NCBI GenBank assembly: GCA_963790825.1 | Contig: CAWBPM010000002.1 | Location: 231,159 to 295,158 of the forward strand | Source of the DNA: Candidatus Levyibacteriota bacterium | GTDB lineage: Bacteria > Patescibacteriota > Microgenomatia > Levybacterales > UBA12049 | Direction: 5' to 3' | DNA: 64,000 bases | In this document: positions 1-7,151 of the stretch, one piece after another | How positions within the stretch are numbered: the stretch's first letter is position 1 | Layout of the letters: the number at the start of each line of letters is the position of its first letter | Program-made: the position numbers and the translations under genes | The notes under the pieces: generated by a model | What the model was told of the DNA's origin: nothing | Seen by the model: only the letters and a program-made list of their open reading frames with translations | Database searches by the model: none

Positions 1-35
1 TGGAGTACTACTTTTAATAATGTCACAATTTTCAT
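1..35 (-). CDS. 5' fragment of a gene running off the window (MKIVTLLKVVL...), probably co-transcribed with the TasA-like gene
   Basis: ATG at 35-33 on the minus strand, preceded by purine-rich AGAGGGA; only 11 codons visible. Confidence 0.35.
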   Translation of the reverse strand, partial: MKIVTLLKVVL

Positions 36-53
36 ATTTTTCCCTCTGCCCAA

Positions 54-80
54 CCAGTAGTGGGATCACCCCACTACTGG
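54..80 (-). terminator. Perfect 11-bp hairpin downstream of the TasA-like gene (terminator or mRNA-stabilising stem)
   Basis: CCAGTAGTGGG-atcac-CCCACTACTGG; no clear U-tract on the minus strand. Confidence 0.55.
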
Positions 81-98
81 ATTCTCCAAAATTTACTC

Positions 99-695
99 CT
101 ATGGAGTAGGTTCTACCTGTGTTCCTCCAAAGTTCGCTGTGAACGACACTTTTTCTCCTGGAATAAGAGAAGTAACATTTGCTGGCACTGATGCGTTCAT
201 CGCACAGTATGCATAGTCTCCTGGTTGCAAGGTTGGCAAGGTTTCACTTCCCCATGCTGATAATGCATAATCAGCATTGGTTACAGGAATAGTTCCAACA
301 GAACTTGGTAAAGTTGTACCATAATCATAGCAGTTAAAACCTACAGACAAGTTATTGTTTAGATCATTATCTGAAGGATCGTATGTAGGCGTCTTAAGCG
401 TGACTATAGTACTCAATGGTATATCAGCTCCACTATTGTTGAATAACCAAAACGTAATGTTTTTGTTAAATCCAGGAAAAACATTATTAATGATACCACT
501 AAAATCTTGCGTTGATAACCATCCGTCTACCGGAGTACCATTATTGTCCTGAGCAATCTCTAAACCTGCACTTTCGGCTGCAAAGGTAATTCCTGATCCT
601 GCTGCAGTTGCGGTCAACTGGGCGTAGGTAACTCCTGCAAATAAAGAAATGGTTGCTACTATTGAAATTCCACTCATTAAAATTTTTCTATTCAT
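99..695 (-). CDS. Secreted protein with a SipW-cognate-type signal peptide (TasA/CalY-like)
   Basis: N-terminus MNRKILMSGISIVATISLFAGVTYAQLT...ITFAAESAGLEI resembles the SipW-class signal pattern (GxTYA.F/L...TF.AG.L.L); strong SD GAAAGGGGGTGA. Confidence 0.6.
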   Translation of the reverse strand: MNRKILMSGISIVATISLFAGVTYAQLTATAAGSGITFAAESAGLEIAQDNNGTPVDGWLSTQDFSGIINNVFPGFNKNITFWLFNNSGADIPLSTIVTLKTPTYDPSDNDLNNNLSVGFNCYDYGTTLPSSVGTIPVTNADYALSAWGSETLPTLQPGDYAYCAMNASVPANVTSLIPGEKVSFTANFGGTQVEPTP

Positions 696-780
696 TATAT
701 TTTCACCCCCTTTCGCTACTCAAACCACTTTTTTCTCCAGTTTGAGTTCCAGAGTAACCGGAGCAGTCTTACTCGGTTAA

Positions 781-809
781 ACAAAAAAATCCAGTTAACA
801 CAACTGAAT
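781..809 (-). terminator. Intrinsic terminator inside the 5' leader of the TasA-like gene
   Basis: Minus strand ATTCAGTT-gtgtt-AACTGGAT followed by TTTTTTGT. Confidence 0.6.
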
Positions 810-907
810 TCATTTCCTTTTAAATTTGATTGTAATATTTGGGCAGCACATAGAGAATTATCTCTCCATAGTGCCTCCGATAGCGGTCAGCCTGAATAGA
901 TAAAAGT

Positions 908-936
908 AGTTTACACCTGGCTTAGATTCTCGTCAA
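908..936 (-). promoter_or_regulatory. Sigma70-type promoter for the TasA-like gene
   Basis: Minus strand TTGACG-17 nt-TAAACT. Confidence 0.55.
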
Positions 937-1047
937 TTATGATCATAATAATCGAAATATATCAGAAGTAATAAAAAAAGTAAGGTAATTGTTATTGAAT
1001 AAATACTTATAGAACTTACACAGTAAATCGTGTATACTACTATTACT

Positions 1048-1290
1048 ATGAATTATCTCTGGGACTACAACAAAAACGACTTGGAGAAAACAGAAGAAGG
1101 ACGAATACGTATTCTAGAGCGTAAAATTAATTACGGTCCGGATAAAGGGGAGAAAATAGCTTTGTCGGAAGTGAGAAAATACTGGGAGAAACTTCAATTA
1201 TTTCCACTACAGAGACGACTCTTCGAGTTGCTATTATGGGGACATTACATTTCCTCAGCAAAGAACAACAAAGCGTCTTTAACGAAATAG
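1048..1290 (+). CDS. Small putative antitoxin partner of AbiEii (DUF6922-like)
   Basis: YLWDY...ILERKINYG motif; overlaps the downstream AbiEii gene; ATG at 1048 follows TATACT. Confidence 0.65.
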   Translation: MNYLWDYNKNDLEKTEEGRIRILERKINYGPDKGEKIALSEVRKYWEKLQLFPLQRRLFELLLWGHYISSAKNNKASLTK

Positions 1291-1892
1291 GCAAAAACAG
1301 CTATATCCGTAAGCAATTTTATTTAACGGGTGGAACTGCTTTAAGTGCTGTGTATTTACAGCATAGATACTCGGACGATTTGGATTTCTTTTCTGAGAGT
1401 AAATTCGATAACCAAATTATTTTTGCTTTTTTACAAGAGTTGAGTAAAAAACTCGCCTTTACCTTTCAACCCCGTTTTTTAGAAGTAACTTATATTTTTG
1501 ATCTCCTTTTTTCCAATAAATCTCCTCTAAAAATTGACTTTTCCTACTACCCATATAAAAGAATAGAAAAGAGTAAAGTAATTGAAGGACTGGAAATTGA
1601 TAGCTTAACTGATATTGCAATTAATAAGTTGTTTACTGTCCAGCAAAGAAATGATGTAAAGGATTTCGTAGATTTATACTACTTATTGCAGGATTTTGCT
1701 ATTTGGGATTTAATACACGGAGTGCAAAAGAAATTTAATATCAGCATAGAGCCATTACTTTTGGCTGCCGATTTTCTTAAAATCGATGATTTCACCTATC
1801 TTCCTCGTATGATTAAGCCGCTTACTTTAACTGAACTGAAAAATTTTTACCATCAGAAGGCACAAGATTTAGGAAAAGAATCTGTTAGGTGA
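1236..1892 (+). CDS. Nucleotidyltransferase AbiEii/AbiGii-family toxin
   Basis: FYLTGGTALSAVYLQHRYSDDLDFF, ..NKL.., KDFVDLY motifs. Confidence 0.85.
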   Translation: MGTLHFLSKEQQSVFNEIGKNSYIRKQFYLTGGTALSAVYLQHRYSDDLDFFSESKFDNQIIFAFLQELSKKLAFTFQPRFLEVTYIFDLLFSNKSPLKIDFSYYPYKRIEKSKVIEGLEIDSLTDIAINKLFTVQQRNDVKDFVDLYYLLQDFAIWDLIHGVQKKFNISIEPLLLAADFLKIDDFTYLPRMIKPLTLTELKNFYHQKAQDLGKESVR

Positions 1893-2022
1893 ACCACTTT
1901 TCATTCCATCTCATTCTTCGGATGAAACCCGACAAAAGATAAGAGATAGTTATTGGTTATTGGTGGTTTTGGACGCTCGGAACCTCACAAAGGACAGGTA
2001 AAATCTGGTATAATACAGATGT

Positions 2023-2226
2023 ATGTATAACTGGAATACGGATACCACCGAGCTTAAAAAGAACCCGGAAAAATACGCGATCTGGAAGATGGAGCAGATG
2101 ATTAACTACGGCTTGGATGGGGAAAAGCTGGACACAAAATTGGTAATAAAATATTGGGATAAACTAAGAATCGATCAGCAAAAACGTGACTTACTGGCAT
2201 TCCTAATATGGCAAAAACGATCTTAA
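2023..2226 (+). CDS. Small putative antitoxin partner of the second AbiEii
   Basis: Paralogous to 1048..1290 (YNW...LEQ/RMINYG..GEK.....KYW.KL); overlaps the next gene. Confidence 0.65.
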   Translation: MYNWNTDTTELKKNPEKYAIWKMEQMINYGLDGEKLDTKLVIKYWDKLRIDQQKRDLLAFLIWQKRS

Positions 2227-2867
2227 CAAAGAAGCAGCAGCAACTTCTTCACGCGCTTTCTGAAGAAAACCTTATTAAGCAGCATTTTTATCTTTCCGGC
2301 GGCACAGCACTTGCGCAGTATTATCTGCAGCATAGATTATCAGAAGATTTGGATTTTTTCTCTCCGGAAGAAATTGATCCTAATTCCTTTCAGGTTATTA
2401 TGAAACGGATTAAGCAAAAAATTCAGTTTGAGAAAGTAACATATGAAAATTCATTTAACAGAAATCTTTTTTTTCTCCATTTTCCAGGTGAGGTTATAAA
2501 AACAGAATTTACCTATTATCCATTTGAACAAATAGAACAACCTAAAGAAATAGAAGGAATACATGTTGACAGCCTCATCGATATAGCAGTTAATAAAACT
2601 AATACAATTTTTACCAATCCTCGAACCCGTGATTTTATTGATTTATACCTCATTTTACAAAAAGAAAAGTGGATTTTTCCTGACATGATTAAAAAATCAA
2701 GGATAAAATTTGATATGTATGTTGACCCTCTACAAATAGCGCAACAACTTTTGTTTGTAACAAAAATACAAGATTATCCGCGTATGCTTATAGCTTTCGA
2801 TTTTAAGGCATGCGAAAAGTTTTGGCTGCAAGTTGCTAGAAGCCTCAAAAAAGATATTTTAAAATAA
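2208..2867 (+). CDS. Nucleotidyltransferase AbiEii/AbiGii-family toxin (second copy)
   Basis: FYLSGGTALAQYYLQHRLSEDLDFF, DIAVNK, RDFIDLY. Confidence 0.85.
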   Translation: MAKTILTKKQQQLLHALSEENLIKQHFYLSGGTALAQYYLQHRLSEDLDFFSPEEIDPNSFQVIMKRIKQKIQFEKVTYENSFNRNLFFLHFPGEVIKTEFTYYPFEQIEQPKEIEGIHVDSLIDIAVNKTNTIFTNPRTRDFIDLYLILQKEKWIFPDMIKKSRIKFDMYVDPLQIAQQLLFVTKIQDYPRMLIAFDFKACEKFWLQVARSLKKDILK

Positions 2868-2924
2868 AACGTATCTGTTTTTTTCGAAAAAGAAGGTTGA
2901 CAAAGCGCATTTATATACTATAGA

Positions 2925-3356
2925 ATGCGACCCACTATGTCTGAGGTAATTAAATGGGGGAGAGAATCTTTTACTATCAATAAAAATGCTGGCGGAGGCA
3001 GAGAGTTTGCTTGGGATGGCAGCCCCTTTAGATTACACAAATTACCTGCGTATGCAAGAGTATATCCGCAAGAATCAAAGCCTAATTGGCGTGGTCATGA
3101 GGGTAGGACCCTTTTTATTTATCAGGAACCTCCGGTCCATATAACTGGAGAACAAGGATATATGGCTCCAAAACCCTACGAAGCAAATAGTGAATATTTA
3201 CTAGGTGTAGGAGCCCAAATCTATCCAACTGGTGAATTTTATCCTCCGGAACTTCCGCAAATATTAACACACTTACAAAATGACTGGGGTTGGGATATTG
3301 ACCCACAACTGCGCACTCGTTTTGGTATTTCGGATCCGAAGCAGGAAGGAGAATAA
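2925..3356 (+). CDS. Hypothetical protein
   Basis: 143-aa ORF with TTGACA/TAGAAT promoter just upstream; no recognisable motif. Confidence 0.55.
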   Translation: MRPTMSEVIKWGRESFTINKNAGGGREFAWDGSPFRLHKLPAYARVYPQESKPNWRGHEGRTLFIYQEPPVHITGEQGYMAPKPYEANSEYLLGVGAQIYPTGEFYPPELPQILTHLQNDWGWDIDPQLRTRFGISDPKQEGE

Positions 3357-3359
3357 AAC

Positions 3360-3716
3360 TCAGGAGTTTACTTTTTTTATCGTCCACCAGGTGAAGTAAC
3401 CAAGTAGCGAAAGAACACCTGCAAGCAGTGTGCAAATAATTGCCAGAATGAGAAATCCAATCAGTGTATTTATTATGGAGGCAGACTTAGGAAAATGGGT
3501 TAAAGTAACTGCCATTAAACCCATAACATAAAAAAACCCGAATAAATTTCCACTGCGAAAACTAATTTCTTGTGTCTTCATAAACATTCCGAAAATGAGA
3601 CAAACAATGCTGCTTATTACCAGATCAACCCAAAACTCGCCTAATATAACCGTAAAGCTCAAAATACCCAGAACCAGGCCGAGAAGGATTGGGATGTATA
3701 TCTCTTTTCGTTGCAT
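3360..3716 (-). CDS. Small membrane protein (about 4 TM)
   Basis: Hydrophobic segments; likely start MQRKEIY, because the longer ORF start overlaps the repeat element. Confidence 0.55.
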   Translation of the reverse strand: MQRKEIYIPILLGLVLGILSFTVILGEFWVDLVISSIVCLIFGMFMKTQEISFRSGNLFGFFYVMGLMAVTLTHFPKSASIINTLIGFLILAIICTLLAGVLSLLGYFTWWTIKKVNS

Positions 3717-3753
3717 CAAAATAATAGTATATAAATTTGTTTTAATTTGCAAA

Positions 3754-3801
3754 TTCTTTTCTTCCGTACTTTTAGTCGTAAAAGTACCAAAAGCTTTTTG
3801 C
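3754..3801. repeat. Hairpin repeat family B, copy 1
   Basis: TTCTTTTCTTCCG-TACTTTTA-gtcg-TAAAAGTA-CCAAAAGCTTTTTGC; similar to 4791-4837. Confidence 0.65.
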
Positions 3802-3936
3802 AAGTGAAAGGTCGCTAAATTCTTAGTTCGCTAATCGGGGGAAATGCGCGCGCCCTCCAACATCCACCTGCGGTGGAGTTGGCGATCCCCCTGATAACTG
3901 CACTAAGAATTTTTAACGCGCTGCTTTCAATTGCAA
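3798..3936. other. Long imperfect inverted-repeat structure (ncRNA or MITE-like)
   Basis: Nested pairings TTGCAA..GAAAG/CTTTC..TTGCAA, AAATTCTTAGT/ACTAAGAATTT, ATCGGGGG/CCCCCTGAT, CCAAC-TCCAC/GTGGA-GTTGG. Confidence 0.6.
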
Positions 3937-4015
3937 TTAGGCGAAGAAAGGATAACGTGCTTTGTTTCAATGCTCACAGATGACGAAAATTAGAAAGGAT
4001 AAAATTACGCGCTGG

Positions 4016-4058
4016 GTTCAGTTGTAGGAATACTACAAAATGAGAGGAATTTTCTACT
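4016..4058 (+). repeat. 43-bp direct repeat family C, copy 1
   Basis: GTTCAGTTGTAGGAATACTACAAAATGAGAGGAATTTTCTACT; 40/43 identical to 5668-5710. Confidence 0.85.
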
Positions 4059-4135
4059 GGTACGCTTTGATGGCATCCTGACAAAAGGAAAGTGGTAGTA
4101 CCCAAGCCTAAAATATATGCTATACTTTGGTAGTT

Positions 4136-4426
4136 ATGAAACAGTCTGTTCTTGAAGAAATAAAAACAAAAGCTCTTCCGATACTTAAACGTGCAGGTGT
4201 TAAAAAAGCGGCGCTTTTCGGCTCTTATGTTCGTGGAGAAGAAACAGAAAAAAGCGATGTGGATATCTTGGTAGATCTCCCATCTAACGCAACGCTTATA
4301 GACTTGGTTGGTATAAAACAAGATCTTGAGGAAAAATTACATAAAAAAGTTGATGTAGTTACCTATAATGGCATCTGTCACCTAATCAAAGATTCTGTTC
4401 TTAAAAGTCAATATCCTGTCTTATGA
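4136..4426 (+). CDS. mntA: Minimal nucleotidyltransferase antitoxin (type VII TA)
   Basis: LFGSYVRGEETEKSDVDILV (GSx10DxD), KVDVV; ATGA overlap with the HEPN gene. Confidence 0.85.
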   Translation: MKQSVLEEIKTKALPILKRAGVKKAALFGSYVRGEETEKSDVDILVDLPSNATLIDLVGIKQDLEEKLHKKVDVVTYNGICHLIKDSVLKSQYPVL

Positions 4427-4770
4427 AAAAAGATCCAGAGGTTTATCTTACTCATATCTTAGATTCAATAAATCTACTCGAAAGATATTTACAAGGAGTT
4501 ACAGAAAGCCAATTTTATTCATCTGAAGAAAAACAAGATCTTGCCGTAAGAAGAATTGAAGTAATCGGTGAGGCAACAAAAAATATCCCTGATTTTTTTA
4601 AAGAAAATTACCCTGCTATTCCCTGGAAGAGAATGGCAGGCATGAGAGATGTTTTAATTCATCAATACGATGATATAGATATGAAAATAGTTTGGAAAAC
4701 CATAACACAATTTGTCCCTGAATTGAAAAAGCAAATTGGAACACTCTTAAAAAATTCATCCGGTACCTGA
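4423..4770 (+). CDS. hepT: HEPN/DUF86 ribonuclease toxin
   Basis: EVIGEA, IPWKRMAGMRDVLIHQY (Rx4HxY). Confidence 0.88.
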   Translation: MKKDPEVYLTHILDSINLLERYLQGVTESQFYSSEEKQDLAVRRIEVIGEATKNIPDFFKENYPAIPWKRMAGMRDVLIHQYDDIDMKIVWKTITQFVPELKKQIGTLLKNSSGT

Positions 4771-4790
4771 CAAGAAACAAAAGATAGTTA

Positions 4791-4837
4791 TTCTTTTCTA
4801 TGTACTTTCTGCCGAGAAAGTAGCAAAGCTCTCTTGC
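4791..4837. repeat. Hairpin repeat family B, copy 2
   Basis: TTCTTTTCTATG-TACTTTCT-gccg-AGAAAGTA-GCAAAGCTCTCTTGC. Confidence 0.65.
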
Positions 4838-4888
4838 CAGAACAGTAATTTGACAGCCAGGCTATAGTATGATACATTCCGAATCAAT

Positions 4889-5620
4889 ATGGCAATGCAA
4901 TATCTGGAAAACGAGTTACGCAGAACAGGCGACAGACGCGACTCGAAATTCGCAAATGCAATCGCGAAAATGCGCAGAGACAGACGCTCCGATATCCTAC
5001 TCCCGCTACCAGAACCAATTGTATACACTCCTCCAATTGAAGTACTACCGCTAGTTCCGGAAGATCCTATTGAAATAAAGTGCTTTTCCGATGAACAACG
5101 GGATGTTCTGGATGAAAATGGTTACATTATTTATGACTTATCAGGAGAATCAGTGAACACGCAAAAGCAGACAAGAAATGCTACTTACTTAACAAGAGAG
5201 GATATCGGACCCGTGACATCCATGTGCTCACAAGTTGCGATAAATCCCAAAGAGCTATTTTTACCGGATAGTAATAATAAAACTCTGCGCCAACAGGAAT
5301 TACTGGTTGAGAAGTTTTCACAGGGATTAGAAAAGAAGCTGCGAGGCATTAGTGTAAAAGCAATTATAGGAGAGGCTCCCGATTATGTTGAACTTGACTC
5401 TAAACATTATGACGCAACATACTATGGAGATGGACTGCACTTATTCGAAAGAGATGAATACATATCCAGATTTGCGCGCACAAAAACTCCAACCGGCAAC
5501 TCGAGCGTCGCTCAAGTTGGTTGGGTTAAAAGCTATAGAAGTGGCATAGAAGTTAAACATCTCCATGCAATGGTTGGTGATCCTTATGTATATGCTGCTC
5601 CTCTGATAGTACCGGAGTAA
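4889..5620 (+). CDS. Hypothetical protein
   Basis: 243-aa ORF with upstream TTGACA promoter; no recognised domain. Confidence 0.6.
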   Translation: MAMQYLENELRRTGDRRDSKFANAIAKMRRDRRSDILLPLPEPIVYTPPIEVLPLVPEDPIEIKCFSDEQRDVLDENGYIIYDLSGESVNTQKQTRNATYLTREDIGPVTSMCSQVAINPKELFLPDSNNKTLRQQELLVEKFSQGLEKKLRGISVKAIIGEAPDYVELDSKHYDATYYGDGLHLFERDEYISRFARTKTPTGNSSVAQVGWVKSYRSGIEVKHLHAMVGDPYVYAAPLIVPE

Positions 5621-5667
5621 ATTAGGTATTAGTTGATGGTTATTAGATAATGGAAGAAACGGGCGGT

Positions 5668-5710
5668 GTTCAATTGCAGGAATACGACAAAATGAGAGGA
5701 ATTTTCTACT
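5668..5710 (+). repeat. 43-bp direct repeat family C, copy 2
   Basis: GTTCAATTGCAGGAATACGACAAAATGAGAGGAATTTTCTACT. Confidence 0.85.
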
Positions 5711-5861
5711 TATAAGCCTCATTTACTTTTAATTTAAATCTCTCTTAACAGCAAAAAGCAGGATGTTCTCCATTAACCCCAAGCACCTAACCCTTGCAGC
5801 ATTATAGGATATGTTATATAATCATACTCTAGGATTACTGCCGTGAAAACAAATCTCAATT

Positions 5862-7151
5862 ATGATCGAAATACTCTATTTAATCTTCCTCATGCTAATG
5901 CTTGCACAAGGGATACTTAGTATCTATCTCTCACTATACATCTGGGAAGATCCAGAAAGACTGGATCGCATTGGTTCACCAAAAGAATTCGAGAAACCAC
6001 AAACTGGCTTCACTATCTTAGTTCCAGCCCGTCATGAGCAAAAAGTAATTGGTGAAACCATTAAGTCAATCTCAAATTCAAATTATCCACAGGAATTATT
6101 AGAATTACTCATTATTTGTGAAGAAAAAGACACAAAAACCATTATCGCAGCAGAACGTGCAATTGTTTTATCCGGTATTACGAATGCCAGGGTTATTACT
6201 TTTAATGACTTTCCTATTAATAAGCCACACAGTCTCAATAAAGGACTCTGGGCAGCAAGCAAAGAAGTTATTGTCATATTTGACGCGGAAGATGAAGTAA
6301 GTCCTGATATTTTTAACGTCGCCAATACAATATTTATTAGCCAAAACCCCGACATCGTCCAAGCAGGAGTGCAGCTCATGAACTATGATTCACACTGGTT
6401 TAGTCCGCACAATGTACTCGAATATTATCTTTGGTTCAAATCCCGCATGCATTTTAATACGCGGCTTGGTGTGGTTCCTCTCGGGGGAAATACAGTTTTT
6501 TTCAAAATTACACAGCTTTTAGAAATCGGCGGATGGGATGAAAATTGCTTAACGGAAGACGCGGAAATCGGCGTCAGACTTTCCAGTAGGGAAGCAAATA
6601 TCGTCTCAACTTATGATTCCAGACATGTGACTAAAGAGGAAACTCCCGGATCTCTAGGTCAATTTATTAAACAGCGAACCAGATGGAACCAAGGATTTAT
6701 CCAAGTTCTCAAACTTGGTTATTGGAAAGAATATGATTCCTTACTAAAAAAGCTTTTTTGTATATATACGTTATCTTTTCCTATTATTCAGGCGATTCTT
6801 ATTATTAGTATGCCTGTAGTTTTTTACTACGGACTAACCCAAAAGCTACCTATAGAACTGAGTCTCTTGAGCTTTATTCCATTATTTTTGATAGGCATAC
6901 AGTATGTTATCGGCGTCATTGCTCTTAGGGAATTTATCTTAGAACAAAAACTTAAACACAAAAAAATGATTTATCTTTCAATGTTATTAACACTTATTCC
7001 ATATCAACTGCTCCTCGGACTCGGAGCACTGCGGGCAGTCTACAGGGAAATATTCGGACTTAATAACTGGGAAAAAACAGTACATGAAGGAGTACATAGA
7101 AATATATTCCCGAAGTTTTCGCTGGATGTTAATCTGCTCGACCAATCATGA
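5862..7151 (+). CDS. Processive GT2 glycosyltransferase (cellulose/PNAG synthase-like)
   Basis: FDAED, LTED, QRTRW motifs with flanking TM helices. Confidence 0.88.
   Translation: MIEILYLIFLMLMLAQGILSIYLSLYIWEDPERLDRIGSPKEFEKPQTGFTILVPARHEQKVIGETIKSISNSNYPQELLELLIICEEKDTKTIIAAERAIVLSGITNARVITFNDFPINKPHSLNKGLWAASKEVIVIFDAEDEVSPDIFNVANTIFISQNPDIVQAGVQLMNYDSHWFSPHNVLEYYLWFKSRMHFNTRLGVVPLGGNTVFFKITQLLEIGGWDENCLTEDAEIGVRLSSREANIVSTYDSRHVTKEETPGSLGQFIKQRTRWNQGFIQVLKLGYWKEYDSLLKKLFCIYTLSFPIIQAILIISMPVVFYYGLTQKLPIELSLLSFIPLFLIGIQYVIGVIALREFILEQKLKHKKMIYLSMLLTLIPYQLLLGLGALRAVYREIFGLNNWEKTVHEGVHRNIFPKFSLDVNLLDQS

Noticed and set aside
820-900. Resemblance to a c-di-GMP-II or ZTP riboswitch
   Set aside because: Only short fragments match, and in the wrong orientation or order; kept only as an unclassified leader
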